Source of the DNA: a virus
Strand: one strand, 5' to 3'
Length of the DNA stretch: 64,000 bases
Virus record (IMG/VR): IMGVR_UViG_3300027131_000001
Within the stretch, counting starts at the first letter, position 1. Each line of letters opens with the position of its first letter. The notes under the pieces are model-generated. The model was not told where the DNA came from. It worked only from the letters and a program-made list of their open reading frames with translations, and did no database searches. The translations under genes and the position numbers were made by a program. Shown here in pieces: positions 1-9,899 of the stretch.

Positions 1-430
1 CTGTATCACTGCGGCCCATGATCTGGTCCACAGCCTCATCGTATTGTTTAAGTGCTTTGCGGTTCGCATCTATGTTCTCCTTTGCTACTTTAATCTTTTC
101 ATCATATATTACTAGCTGAGCTATAACATCACCCGAACTCGTTGTCTGGTCTATGTGAGCTTTTGACAAGTAACCAAACGTTCCCATCGATGTAATGAAC
201 ATCAAAGCAAGTATCGATGCAATCAAATATGTTTTAATTGAGAACGGTGCAATATCCCAATTACGATATGTCCACGATGCAGCAACTACCTTTGCCACTT
301 CAAGTGTTCCACCCATAATGACAACAGGCCAGAATGATGCTGCAAATATAGTTGTAAGGCCTATAACAGAGAAGTAAGCTGCGATAGCTGATAAGCCAAT
401 CGCAACCAACAAGGCAAGATAGTTAATCAT
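1..430 (-). CDS. Membrane protein, 3' end outside the window (not in ORF track)
   Basis: Manual translation from ATG at 430: MINYLALLVAIGLSAIAAYFSVIGLTTIFAASFWPVVIMGGTLEVAKVV...MFITSMGTFGYLSKAH. Three hydrophobic segments then coiled-coil-like sequence; open to the window edge. Confidence 0.8.
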   Translation of the reverse strand, partial: MINYLALLVAIGLSAIAAYFSVIGLTTIFAASFWPVVIMGGTLEVAKVVAASWTYRNWDIAPFSIKTYLIASILALMFITSMGTFGYLSKAHIDQTTSSGDVIAQLVIYDEKIKVAKENIDANRKALKQYDEAVDQIMGRSDT

Positions 431-725
431 TTTCTACAATTTTGTTTACCTTATCAATAAACGCTGTCATCTTCTTTGACCTATCAGGCCATAGTATGTA
501 CTCTTTATCAGGATCTTTCTGAAGGTTTATCAATAAAGGCATAATTAGTTTATAAAGAGCTTCCATTCTATCTTTGTACTCTTTAGAAGTCAACGTCAAT
601 TGTTTTTCAGTTTGAATGACCTGTTGTTGCAATTGACGTTCCATTGACTTGAGCTCGTCCTCGCTAACAGCAGAGAATCCAAAGTCATTCTCAGTATCAT
701 CGAGTGAAATATTAATCTTTCCCAT
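423..725 (-). CDS. Hypothetical protein downstream of DNA polymerase
   Basis: 100-aa ORF packed between gp43 and the next gene. Confidence 0.75.
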   Translation of the reverse strand: MGKINISLDDTENDFGFSAVSEDELKSMERQLQQQVIQTEKQLTLTSKEYKDRMEALYKLIMPLLINLQKDPDKEYILWPDRSKKMTAFIDKVNKIVEND

Positions 726-733
726 CTCTTTTC

Positions 734-3268
734 CTATTCGAAGAATTGTTCTAGTGTTTGTCTACGGTCTTTGATCTGCCAACCAACAGCATCGAGAATC
801 GACTTGATTGGTTCCAAGAATGATTTATCAAACTGAGTTTCGTAGTCAACATACGGATGAATATTCAGCACCTTTGGTAATTCCCCAGGTGAAGATATCA
901 CAGAGTCACGAGCTGGGTTCGGTGTACGGAGATATGCAAACTTAATCTTGTCCCCGTCACGTATGATTGGATACTTTGTATCTAGCTTGTGCTCTCTTAG
1001 CAGTGCATTGTATATCAAAGAACCCTTGACGTGAATTGGTGTAGACTTTCTGTATATCGAGGATGCATCTTGGTACTTCTTTAAATCTCTCACACTTCTC
1101 GGAAATGCAATCTCTTCAAATGGCAAGGTCATGAACTCCATCTTAAAATCTGTGATGAACTTGATAGCAGCTTTCTCATCTTCGTTCATAATCACTTCGA
1201 GAGCCTTCTTAATGTTCTTTCTACAAGCAGCAGGAGTAGAAGACCGGACAGCCTCGATCCCTTGCATCTTCAACTTAGGCTCGTTGTACTGAACACCTTC
1301 GTTATTGTATACGTTCAGAATGTAATGCTTCTTGCCAGTCCATATACCTTTATTAGCAATTGCTTCACGCTTCATCACCATCTTCTGCTTCATCACCTGC
1401 ATGTAGTCACCAAGCTCATCAAACGTCTTATCGATGAATGGTTGGATCTTCTTCTCACATACATCATCGAGGAACTTGACAATCTTCTGAGTGTCTTGTT
1501 GTTCGTCTCCGAACACACCCTTGACCAGTCTTTCCATGCGAATGTACATCGAGTCTGTATCACAAGCAATCACATAGTCTTCGTCCTCAGTCTTGAACAA
1601 CTTATTCAAGTATTGGTTAATGTGCTTCTCCATCCAACGAATTGATAGCTGGCCAGACATTGTAATACCTTCAGCAAGGTTACGTTGGTACCATCTAAAG
1701 TAAACATTACCCAAAGCACCATAAGCACTGTTAAGCTGAATCTTCTTGGCCATCTGCATGTTGTTGCATCTAGCAATCTCGTTTGCAAGTTCACGAGTAG
1801 GAGTTTGTTCGTATTGTTTCTTTGCTTCGATCATACGCTTCTTCCAAACGGTACGATCGTTGTACATATTCTCCATCAACGTAGGAAGGAATCCAACATT
1901 GTTCTTACTAAACAAAGCACCGTTAGGACACATTGTCATGTTCTGATCTTTTAGAAGCTTTTCAAACTCATCACCGACCTGTTTGTTTAGACATCTTTCA
2001 ATCGTTACTTCATCTACAACACCAATGTAAGTATCTGGGCTAATGTTGTATTGCATAATCAAATGTGGATAGAGACTATTCAAGTCAAATGAGCAAACCC
2101 AGTTATGTAATCCAACTTGAGGATCTTTGACATAGGCTCCAATAATTGGGCCCATCTCTCTATCAACCTCCTGTCTATCATCGAGTACGCTACGTTCAAC
2201 ATTATCAACAACAATACCACGATCCATCAAGTAGTTTGTAATAATGATATCCCAAATGCGAACAGTCGTGAATGTATCAACATAGTTGACCTTCGCATCA
2301 TATGCAATAGCAAACACCTGCTCAATGAACTTCAGCTTCTCTTCTAACTTATCAACCAACACAACGTCGTGGATGTTGTAGTCAACAAACTTTTCAAAGT
2401 TCTGCATATAGAACTCATGCATCGACTCGTATTCAGAATAGTCTAGCTTCTTTTCACCAAGCTCATACTCAGCAATGTGATCTAGCTTATATGATTCTTG
2501 TGGTGTATAGGAGAACTTCTTATAAAGAGCCAAGTAGTCAAGAACAGCAATACCGTACAGGTCATATACTTTAGGTGCTGTTGGATCTTTACCAATCTGG
2601 CGTTCCTTCACAATGTTCCACGGTGATAATTTACTTGCCTGTTTAGCACCAAGTACATTGGTAATTCGTTTGTAAAGATACGGAATGTCAAAATACTCTA
2701 CGTTCCAACCAGTAACAACATCTGGCTTCCACTTATTGGAGTTCCATACTTCCAAGAACTTCTCCAGAAGATCAATCTCGTTCCTGCACTGGATGTAGGT
2801 AACATCTTCACTCTTTGCTTTGTACGGTCGCATACCAAGAACAACTACCTTACCCTTCTTACGAATTGAAAGGGTGATTACTTCTTTGTCGGCATATTCC
2901 ATACTGGGAAAACCATTGAGTGTCGATGTTTCAATGTCAAGTGATACAACATTAATTGAATCAACATCGTAGTTGATCTCACCCTTGAACATTCCGTGGA
3001 TTGCTTGATATGTGTAGAGAGTAGATCCGTAGATGTCAAACCCAGCAACATCTTCGTATTTCTTTAGAAACTCTCTTGCACTCTTAACACTTTCAAAATC
3101 AATCTTATCGACAGTGCGACCTGTCAATGTTTGGTAGTTGGAATTGTTGTTAGAATTTACAAATAAATAGGGGCGGTAGGTATCACGATACTCAAAACGC
3201 TTACCGTTCTCATATCCTCTTGCATAGACACTGTCGCCGTAAACAAATACGTTCGTGTAAAACTTCAT
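734..3268 (-). CDS. gp43: Family B DNA polymerase (T4 gp43-like)
   Basis: Exo motifs DIET and YNIHDV; polymerase motifs SFDLNSLYPH, KIQLNSAYG, DTDS. Confidence 0.98.
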   Translation of the reverse strand: MKFYTNVFVYGDSVYARGYENGKRFEYRDTYRPYLFVNSNNNSNYQTLTGRTVDKIDFESVKSAREFLKKYEDVAGFDIYGSTLYTYQAIHGMFKGEINYDVDSINVVSLDIETSTLNGFPSMEYADKEVITLSIRKKGKVVVLGMRPYKAKSEDVTYIQCRNEIDLLEKFLEVWNSNKWKPDVVTGWNVEYFDIPYLYKRITNVLGAKQASKLSPWNIVKERQIGKDPTAPKVYDLYGIAVLDYLALYKKFSYTPQESYKLDHIAEYELGEKKLDYSEYESMHEFYMQNFEKFVDYNIHDVVLVDKLEEKLKFIEQVFAIAYDAKVNYVDTFTTVRIWDIIITNYLMDRGIVVDNVERSVLDDRQEVDREMGPIIGAYVKDPQVGLHNWVCSFDLNSLYPHLIMQYNISPDTYIGVVDEVTIERCLNKQVGDEFEKLLKDQNMTMCPNGALFSKNNVGFLPTLMENMYNDRTVWKKRMIEAKKQYEQTPTRELANEIARCNNMQMAKKIQLNSAYGALGNVYFRWYQRNLAEGITMSGQLSIRWMEKHINQYLNKLFKTEDEDYVIACDTDSMYIRMERLVKGVFGDEQQDTQKIVKFLDDVCEKKIQPFIDKTFDELGDYMQVMKQKMVMKREAIANKGIWTGKKHYILNVYNNEGVQYNEPKLKMQGIEAVRSSTPAACRKNIKKALEVIMNEDEKAAIKFITDFKMEFMTLPFEEIAFPRSVRDLKKYQDASSIYRKSTPIHVKGSLIYNALLREHKLDTKYPIIRDGDKIKFAYLRTPNPARDSVISSPGELPKVLNIHPYVDYETQFDKSFLEPIKSILDAVGWQIKDRRQTLEQFFE

Positions 3269-3292
3269 ACTTCTTTCTCAGTAAAGAAAGCA

Positions 3293-3321
3293 ATTATACA
3301 GCAGATCAATTAAAGATTCAA
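3293..3321 (-). promoter_or_regulatory. Sigma70-type promoter upstream of gp43
   Basis: TTGAAT-N17-TATAAT on minus strand. Confidence 0.7.
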
Positions 3322-3324
3322 CTG

Positions 3325-3627
3325 CTACCTAATTGATGATGCAATTTGGATACCTGAACCGAACATTCGGCTGTAGTTATTTTGAAGATCTACTGAAGGT
3401 TTGTATGTCGTCATTACATGCTCTTCTTTGAATACAAATTCATTATCCTCAGCATACGGAGCATATGGATACAACGAAACACCAACACCATCTTTTGTTG
3501 GAACCAGTTGGACGATGCCAACGTTGGTCAGTTTGTATTTTTTGTGTTCGTGGTTCAGAGTTTTAATCACATCGAGATCACCAATTAAATCTTCACCAGT
3601 AATCAATCTAACAATATAGAGGTTCAT
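3325..3627 (-). CDS. Conserved T4-like hypothetical protein (Sm-like fold likely)
   Basis: IVRLITGEDLIG N-terminus; typical position between hsp20 and gp43. Confidence 0.7.
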   Translation of the reverse strand: MNLYIVRLITGEDLIGDLDVIKTLNHEHKKYKLTNVGIVQLVPTKDGVGVSLYPYAPYAEDNEFVFKEEHVMTTYKPSVDLQNNYSRMFGSGIQIASSIR

Positions 3628-3642
3628 TATAATCCTTAAATT

Positions 3643-3666
3643 AAAAAGCCGGCCATTGCGGCCGGC
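3643..3666 (-). terminator. Intrinsic terminator after hsp20
   Basis: GCCGGCC-GCAAT-GGCCGGC followed by TTTTT. Confidence 0.85.
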
Positions 3667-3673
3667 GTACTTC

Positions 3674-4222
3674 TTAGATCAAGTTGGGATCTTGTTCCAT
3701 TAACAACTCACCCATAGGTTTGGTATCTTTTGATTTGCCTTTTGCGGGCTTCTCATTGATCTCAATTTTCTTTGGTTTTTTGTGATCTGGAATGATTCTC
3801 TCCAAGAAGATCTTTAGCATTCCGTTCATCATCTCAGCATTCTGAATCTCAACTTGGTCGTTAAGAACAAATGTGCGATTGAAGGCACGGTTTGCAATTC
3901 CTTTGAAAAGGAAGTTTTCGTTTTCATTGTCATCAGTTGCCTTACCAGCAACCATCAACTTACCATCATCAAAAGTAATTTCGACATCAGTCTTTGCAAA
4001 ACCAGCAACAGCTAGCTCAACAACGTACTTATTGTCTTCTACTTTTTTGATATTGTAAGGGGGATAGTTGGGAATATTTTTGGCAACTTCATCATGAAGT
4101 TTTGCAAGTCTATTGAATGGTTCGTCAAAACCAACAAAGAACTTATCCATATCCTTAGTTCCAAGTTTGAAACCAGGGCCAAAGGCAAATGTGTTTGCCA
4201 GTGCGTGTAGTGCATCAGTCAT
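3674..4222 (-). CDS. hsp20: Small heat-shock protein Hsp20 (IbpA-like)
   Basis: NYPPYNI, ELAVAGF, FKGIANRAFNRTF, NGMLKI, IPDHKKPKKIEI motifs. Confidence 0.95.
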   Translation of the reverse strand: MTDALHALANTFAFGPGFKLGTKDMDKFFVGFDEPFNRLAKLHDEVAKNIPNYPPYNIKKVEDNKYVVELAVAGFAKTDVEITFDDGKLMVAGKATDDNENENFLFKGIANRAFNRTFVLNDQVEIQNAEMMNGMLKIFLERIIPDHKKPKKIEINEKPAKGKSKDTKPMGELLMEQDPNLI

Positions 4223-4280
4223 TTAAGACCTCCTATTAAGCAAGGTTAAGAAAGTGTGCCCCTAACGGCGGCACACTTCT
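4223..4280 (-). promoter_or_regulatory. ROSE-like RNA thermometer in the hsp20 5' UTR
   Basis: 5' hairpin, then CC-UUGCU-UAAU-AGGAGG pairing the SD with a bulged G. Confidence 0.6.
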
Positions 4281-4310
4281 ATTTATACATCATCCACTAA
4301 AGGTAGTCAA
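4280..4310 (-). promoter_or_regulatory. Overlapping sigma70-type and T4 late promoter for hsp20
   Basis: TTGACT-N17-TATAAA(TA); TATAAATA at 4280-4287. Confidence 0.7.
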
Positions 4311-5053
4311 CTTTTTATTGATTCAAAGTGTAAATTTGCAACAATAAATTCTTTAACTAGATTACTTCTGACAATATCTTCAACATCAAATTCAATGTTT
4401 CTGAATGATGGCATTCTGTTAATGATCTGTACAAAGTCCTTTAGTCCAGATTGATCATGCTTTTTATTAAGGTCTGTTTGCTTGAAGTCGCCACAGAACA
4501 GAATTCTAGAACCCTCACCTACTCTGGTAATGATTGAGCTCAGTTCTTGGAAGTTCATGTTCTGACATTCATCAACAATAATAATTGCTTTGTCAATTGT
4601 AATGCCGCGAACAAAAGATGTGATCAAGAATTCGATATTCTTTTGTTCAACTAGTCTTTCATACGCCTGATCAGTATTAAACAGGTCTTTGCATATTGCT
4701 TTATAGGGTGCGAGATAAACGTCTGTCTTTTCTTTCTCGTCTCCAGGTAGGTGTCCAATCTCTCTAGACGGTACTACTGAGCGAACAATAACAACCTTTT
4801 CAAAATTGCTACGGTTATTCATCATATCTTCTAGTGCTTTATAGACCGAGATAAATGTTTTTCCTGTACCTGCTGCTCCGTGCAGCATTAATGCTTGATG
4901 TCCTTCATCATATAATTCGTAAAACTTTCTTTGGTTTCTAGTTAGAGGGTCAAATAATTGTAAGTCTTCGTATTTTAATTTCAGCTTCCTTCTGTTAGAT
5001 TGATCTGGGAATGGGTGAACGGATGCTTGGGACACTCTAGCCTGTTTTCTCAT
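4307..5053 (-). CDS. phoH: PhoH family ATPase
   Basis: GAAGTGKT Walker A, GHLPGD, RGIT, IIVDECQN, GDFKQTD, DIVRS. Confidence 0.95.
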   Translation of the reverse strand: MRKQARVSQASVHPFPDQSNRRKLKLKYEDLQLFDPLTRNQRKFYELYDEGHQALMLHGAAGTGKTFISVYKALEDMMNNRSNFEKVVIVRSVVPSREIGHLPGDEKEKTDVYLAPYKAICKDLFNTDQAYERLVEQKNIEFLITSFVRGITIDKAIIIVDECQNMNFQELSSIITRVGEGSRILFCGDFKQTDLNKKHDQSGLKDFVQIINRMPSFRNIEFDVEDIVRSNLVKEFIVANLHFESIKS

Positions 5054-5082
5054 GGACTACCCTTGTTGTTATAGTTAGAAAC

Positions 5083-5118
5083 AAAAAAAGACACAAGTCT
5101 CTCGACCGTGTGTCTTTT
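5083..5118 (-). terminator. Putative intrinsic terminator
   Basis: AAAAGACACA...TGTGTCTTTTTTT hairpin with U-tract. Confidence 0.6.
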
Positions 5119-5187
5119 GCTTATTTGACTACTTTTTTCTATCAGTCATCAAATTCCTTTATATTCCATTTGAAATTATTTATCATT

Positions 5188-5406
5188 TTAAAACCCTAAG
5201 ATCGTCGGGGAGAATTTCAATGGCTTACCAGGTTCGTAATCTTTGGTAAAATAATCTACCATCATCTCAAACCTGAATGCTGAGTCTTCCTCACCAACAT
5301 CAGCACATTTCTTTTGTGCATCTTGCAGAAACTTAATTAGTTTAAAGTGGTTGATACCAGTTTCCCGAATAGAAGGACCTTGAGAACCACGATGAGGACT
5401 AAACAT
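5188..5406 (-). CDS. Hypothetical protein
   Basis: 72-aa ORF coupled to the upstream gene. Confidence 0.6.
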   Translation of the reverse strand: MFSPHRGSQGPSIRETGINHFKLIKFLQDAQKKCADVGEEDSAFRFEMMVDYFTKDYEPGKPLKFSPTILGF

Positions 5407-5665
5407 TTTGAGGATCCTCTACAATTACTGCACTGAGAATACTATCAATACGAAATGAACGCCAAGATTGTTTTTCTATATCCCAAACAGCAATCACATC
5501 ATTATTTTCTGGTTTTACTTTATCTGTTTTCTTCTCATACGGCCATGAGAAGCTCTCTTGCAGTGTACAAATCATCTCACGTACGTTTCCGTCTGTTTTT
5601 GTAAACTCAACCTTCATTACAGTCTGTTGCAGCTGCGAGCGGATAGATTCCTTCGTGTATTCCAT
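5399..5665 (-). CDS. WYL_2/SH3-like conserved phage protein (start revised to MEYTKE)
   Basis: VEFTKTDGNVREMICTL...VWDIEKQSWRSFR pattern; GGTGG SD upstream of ATG 5665. Confidence 0.75.
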   Translation of the reverse strand: MEYTKESIRSQLQQTVMKVEFTKTDGNVREMICTLQESFSWPYEKKTDKVKPENNDVIAVWDIEKQSWRSFRIDSILSAVIVEDPQNV

Positions 5666-6107
5666 TTTTCCACCTTTCATAATCATCATAAAAATATTCC
5701 GAGACTTCAACGTTAGCCTCTGATAGCATTATACGTGATGTATCAAAATTAAACAACGAGTCTCTAGGATTATTTGGCTTTAAGGTTACTACCCTTTTAA
5801 TACCGCGTTGAATAATAGACTTGGTACATTCGTTACAGGGAAACAAAGTACAGTATAAAGTAGCACCATCTACGCTACCGGGACTGTTGTCTAGTGCGTT
5901 TCGTTCTGCATGACAGACATATAACAACTTGGTCTCTCTATTTGAGTAACGATATGAGTAGTCTTTGACACCGGTTGGAAACCCGTTATAACCAACGCTA
6001 ATCACTCTTTTACGAGAATCAACTATGCAGCTACCAATTTTACGAGAAGGGTCCTTAGACCACGATGCTACTGTTTCACAGAGTTGAATAAATCGCATAT
6101 CCCACAT
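5607..6107 (-). CDS. cd: dCMP deaminase
   Basis: SKDPS, GYNGFP, HAERNA and PCNEC zinc motifs. Confidence 0.93.
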   Translation of the reverse strand: MWDMRFIQLCETVASWSKDPSRKIGSCIVDSRKRVISVGYNGFPTGVKDYSYRYSNRETKLLYVCHAERNALDNSPGSVDGATLYCTLFPCNECTKSIIQRGIKRVVTLKPNNPRDSLFNFDTSRIMLSEANVEVSEYFYDDYERWKNGIHEGIYPLAAATDCNEG

Positions 6108-6108
6108 A

Positions 6109-6582
6109 TTAAACCACCACGTTTCTTTCCCAAGGATTAACTAAAAGAGAAAATCTCTCACCTTTATAATCATTCACAACATGCATCACACCAGGAGACA
6201 TAATAATAATTCTATTCGTCTTTGGAGATATTTTTATACCAATATCTGTGTGGAGCTCACCACCAACAAGATCAGAATCTACATACGGATAAAAAATAAT
6301 AGAACACAATGGATACTCTAATTCACCAGTTGTATTAAATTTGTGTTCATTTTTATCGTAGTGCCACCCTGTACGAGTATTGTACTGGCTCCACACTTCA
6401 AATCCAGCACTTGCCGATATATCAATAAATTTGCTGGCTATTGATGATAGTTTTTGAACATATTGGTCTGCAACATCATGGCTAATCCAGCTTAACGGAA
6501 TGGTTGATTTAGAGTTATTATATTTTTGGTAAATATCACTAAGTTCAATATCTGTAAAGATGTTATCACCAACAAAAACCAT
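6109..6582 (-). CDS. 2OG-Fe(II) oxygenase-like protein
   Basis: HYD...GGEL...PKTNR...H.V...R.S pattern. Confidence 0.7.
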   Translation of the reverse strand: MVFVGDNIFTDIELSDIYQKYNNSKSTIPLSWISHDVADQYVQKLSSIASKFIDISASAGFEVWSQYNTRTGWHYDKNEHKFNTTGELEYPLCSIIFYPYVDSDLVGGELHTDIGIKISPKTNRIIIMSPGVMHVVNDYKGERFSLLVNPWERNVVV

Positions 6583-6585
6583 AGA

Positions 6586-6981
6586 TTACCTTTTTTTGCC
6601 AATATTATATTTTGCAACAAGCTCCCACTCATCCTTCTCTTTATGGGTTATTACTTTCACTTGAGAGAACGGTGCAACAGGAGTACTAGACTTCTCTGCA
6701 TTAACTAATTTAATCAATCCCCACTCGGCCAGCAAATTAACTATTGTGTTTCTTCTTGCTACATCATCTTCTGAGAAGTTAGATGGCTTACCATCCAATG
6801 CAAAGAGTTCTTTGAAGTGGACAATATAATACTTTCCTTGCTTATGAAGGATATGGCAAGATTGGAATAGTTTTTTATCTTTGCGCGAGGCGACACCAAT
6901 ACGAGTCAATGTCTCTTTAATTTTAAGGAAGTCCTCTTCAGAAGTCAACAACACTTCAATTAGACTGTCAATAGTATTCAT
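6586..6981 (-). CDS. regA: Translational repressor RegA
   Basis: DFLKIKETLTRIGVAS, QSCHILHKQGKYYIVHFKELFALDG. Confidence 0.97.
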   Translation of the reverse strand: MNTIDSLIEVLLTSEEDFLKIKETLTRIGVASRKDKKLFQSCHILHKQGKYYIVHFKELFALDGKPSNFSEDDVARRNTIVNLLAEWGLIKLVNAEKSSTPVAPFSQVKVITHKEKDEWELVAKYNIGKKR

Positions 6982-7355
6982 GATTGTCCACCTTTTTCTA
7001 ATTTTTCTTTTATAGTGATCAATTGATCAGAAGAAAGGATTGACAATGCGCTCTTAGCTTTTTCTGGACTGTACCCATAATATTCCATTACAGCTGCAAG
7101 ATCATCATCTTCTTGCTTCTTCACCCACTTTGCAAATCGCCTGGCAGGTCTTACTGTATTTAGGAAAAACTGGAATTGGAGCTTGGAGTCAGTGAGATGG
7201 CGTCTATTCATCTCATTGGCATACATCACAGTATCGGGAAAGTAGGAAAGAGCCTTGTTAACAAGAAACGGCTGGTAGAGTCTTTCTACAGCCGGATCTT
7301 CCATTAGGTCTTTCTTACTTTGTGATATTGCATTAACAAAGTCGAACGGAGACAT
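6978..7355 (-). CDS. gp62: Clamp loader small subunit
   Basis: PFDFVNAI, YQPFLVNKALS, ANEMN, RRFAKW, YYGYS; synteny with regA. Confidence 0.92.
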   Translation of the reverse strand: MSPFDFVNAISQSKKDLMEDPAVERLYQPFLVNKALSYFPDTVMYANEMNRRHLTDSKLQFQFFLNTVRPARRFAKWVKKQEDDDLAAVMEYYGYSPEKAKSALSILSSDQLITIKEKLEKGGQS

Positions 7356-7642
7356 TACCAGATCATCCGCACAAGGCCAACTGAGTCAATTGTTACTAGG
7401 AGCATGTAGTTAGCGAGCATACCAAAACTTCTCCGAGTCCAAGCAGCCCAAGCGTACATAGCACAACCCACAATCCATATAGGATAGAGAACAAGTAGGG
7501 GTGGATTTGGTACCGTGGATGCCATCGTAATAGAACACCCGATAGATATAGCCCAAGCAAACAGCTCAACAGAAAAGCGAAAACGATTACTGTTCCAGTC
7601 ATTACGAATCCATTCGAAGGTGGGTCTGAATAAATCAATCAA
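7355..7642 (-). CDS. Small membrane protein
   Basis: 95 aa with three hydrophobic segments; overlapping start/stop with neighbours. Confidence 0.7.
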   Translation of the reverse strand: MIDLFRPTFEWIRNDWNSNRFRFSVELFAWAISIGCSITMASTVPNPPLLVLYPIWIVGCAMYAWAAWTRRSFGMLANYMLLVTIDSVGLVRMIW

Positions 7643-7851
7643 AACGGTGGCTCCTCAAAGCTGGCAATAGTTTCCTTTGATAGCTCACGTTGGTGTCTTT
7701 TATTGTCATCTGTAATAAACTCTAATCTTTTTTCACATATACGTTGGAATGGATCAATAGGGTAGTAGGGATTCTCATGACGAAACTTCTTCATATACTC
7801 GCCAAGGTTGTCAACCCATTCATCTTTTTGTACTGCAATTTTATTCTTCAT
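7639..7851 (-). CDS. Hypothetical protein
   Basis: ATGA coupling on both sides. Confidence 0.65.
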   Translation of the reverse strand: MKNKIAVQKDEWVDNLGEYMKKFRHENPYYPIDPFQRICEKRLEFITDDNKRHQRELSKETIASFEEPPF

Positions 7852-8072
7852 TCTGTATCTACTTTGCTATCTGTTTCAACCCATACACGAGCACCACAGC
7901 TAAGTGGCTTATCAGGTGAGTACACGACCTTACTTGGTCCATGTATCGTCACACTGTTAGCATACACATTACTCTTATATGTTTTAACAGTTAGCACAGG
8001 TATTTTATCTTCATCAGCAGCTCTAATATTCTTGCGGATGTGTTGTTGATTGACGTGGATGATTGTTTTCAT
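7848..8072 (-). CDS. Conserved phage hypothetical protein (likely start MKTIIHVNQ)
   Basis: IHVNQ...YSPDKPLSCGARVWVET; ATGA overlap with upstream stop. Confidence 0.7.
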   Translation of the reverse strand: MKTIIHVNQQHIRKNIRAADEDKIPVLTVKTYKSNVYANSVTIHGPSKVVYSPDKPLSCGARVWVETDSKVDTE

Positions 8073-8257
8073 TCCCAGATCAAACAATCTTTTGCATATG
8101 TATCAGCTCTTGCGTAAGTATCAAATATTTCACAGTCAGGTTGATCTCCTCGCACAAATGCAAGTTCGTTTTGAATTACTACTCTATACTTTCCGTCTTC
8201 TTGAATAAACAGCTTCACTTCTACGTGAGGATTAGCCATTTGTTTTAATAAAATCAT
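8069..8257 (-). CDS. Hypothetical protein
   Basis: 62-aa ORF coupled to the gp44 stop. Confidence 0.55.
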   Translation of the reverse strand: MILLKQMANPHVEVKLFIQEDGKYRVVIQNELAFVRGDQPDCEIFDTYARADTYAKDCLIWE

Positions 8258-9195
8258 TTAAACTCTCCCTCTGCCATTATTTCTGTTAGGCAGGCTAGTA
8301 TGTTAATCTCGTGATCAGCAACAAAGGCAGCCTTGTACTGATAATCTGCTAGCGTTATAACAAGCTGTGGAATTGAGTTTGGTTTCAGATAATGAGAAGC
8401 AGTATCGTATAGCTTACGGAAGAACACAGCTTGATCAAGATCATTGTTCTCTGCAACCCATTTACGAACCTCGGTAAAGTTCTTTGCTTTCAGTAGCTCT
8501 ACCAATCCCTTCAAGTTCTCTTCTGAGAAGTTTACAAGAATACCAGAGTCTATTTTACCGGTAGCAGAGTATCGCTGCAACTCATTAAGCACTCTTCTCC
8601 AGTCAGGGAAGAACTTAGTGATCACTTCAATAACAGCTTTCTGATCATAATTGACACTCTCTTGCTCTAAGATGTTGCAGACTCGTTTATAAAATAAGGA
8701 AGCCATCTTTGGCTTGTCCTCTTTATCTATCTTGAATTCTACAACAGAACATCTAGAGTGAAGTGGCTCAATGATTTTATTCTTAAAGTTACATGTAAGA
8801 ATGAACCCGCAGTTCCTCGAGTACTCTTCCATGAAGTTTCGAAGTGCGGGCTGTGTCGAGTTAGGATTGAGGTAGTCAGCCTCATCCAGAATAACATACT
8901 TACGACCACCAGAGAATGAAATAGAGGATGCAAAGTCCTTTATCTCACTTCTCAGCGTGTCAATGTTACCGTTCATCGATCCATTAATAATAATGTAATC
9001 GCATTGCAACTCTTCTAGCATGGCACGAGCAACAGTCGTCTTACCGATTCCTGCACGGCCAGTTAGAAGTAGGTTGGGGATATTCTTCTGATCTACAAAC
9101 TGCTGGAATGTAGTTTTAAGTGTAGGCGGAAGAATGGCACTATCAATAGATCTGGGTCTATACTTCTCAACCCAGAGAAAATCATCACGAATCAT
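8254..9195 (-). CDS. gp44: Clamp loader large subunit (AAA+)
   Basis: LWVEKYRP, GRAGIGKT, ILDEAD, SRC motif. Confidence 0.97.
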   Translation of the reverse strand: MIRDDFLWVEKYRPRSIDSAILPPTLKTTFQQFVDQKNIPNLLLTGRAGIGKTTVARAMLEELQCDYIIINGSMNGNIDTLRSEIKDFASSISFSGGRKYVILDEADYLNPNSTQPALRNFMEEYSRNCGFILTCNFKNKIIEPLHSRCSVVEFKIDKEDKPKMASLFYKRVCNILEQESVNYDQKAVIEVITKFFPDWRRVLNELQRYSATGKIDSGILVNFSEENLKGLVELLKAKNFTEVRKWVAENNDLDQAVFFRKLYDTASHYLKPNSIPQLVITLADYQYKAAFVADHEINILACLTEIMAEGEFK

Positions 9196-9206
9196 ATAAA
9201 CCTCAA

Positions 9207-9884
9207 TTATCCAACGTACGTCGACGTTGTTTCACATACTATCCAGTATTCTACATCAGTCCCTTTAAAATGGCAAAGGCCTTGTGGAGATATTTTAAGA
9301 ACATACTCCTCATTCATAATCTTGATGTTCTCAGCTTTTAGAATCATCTTGAATGTCTTGATTGTCTCACCAATTATAATAGAGTAACTATTACTTAGTG
9401 TAACATCGTTTGGATTCTTTGGCTTGGTATCAAGTGCTTCAATTGAGAAGTTACCGTCCTTGCCAACAAAAGCAATCTCAGGTAATTGTAATACGCCGAC
9501 TGCTTTCATTACAGATTGCAACGTTGCAGTCGGGAGTACCTTTTCTACTGCATCGATAGGAATATCTACCATCTTTTTAGGTGGCTGAGTAATCATATCT
9601 GGCGAACAGTACACATAGTCTAGCTTCGTCTTTCCGCTCTTGATTGTAATGTACTTCTCATTGATTTCGAGATCAGGATCATCGAACAGAGAAAGTACCC
9701 CTAAAAACCTTGGCAAATCCCAAATTGCAAACTGTCGCGGAATTGTTTCCGCAATACTTGCTTTCGCTACCATAGTCTTTAGGGGTGAAATCGTTTTCAA
9801 TTCATTACCAGGAGCAAAGATCAACGATGGATTAATCTGAGCAAAGCTCTTCAGAATCTGTATCGTTCTTGCACTTAGTTTCAT
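9207..9884 (-). CDS. gp45: Sliding clamp
   Basis: MKLSARTIQILKSFAQINPS, FAIWDLPRFL; synteny. Confidence 0.93.
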   Translation of the reverse strand: MKLSARTIQILKSFAQINPSLIFAPGNELKTISPLKTMVAKASIAETIPRQFAIWDLPRFLGVLSLFDDPDLEINEKYITIKSGKTKLDYVYCSPDMITQPPKKMVDIPIDAVEKVLPTATLQSVMKAVGVLQLPEIAFVGKDGNFSIEALDTKPKNPNDVTLSNSYSIIIGETIKTFKMILKAENIKIMNEEYVLKISPQGLCHFKGTDVEYWIVCETTSTYVG

Positions 9885-9899
9885 AATATACCTTGTTGG

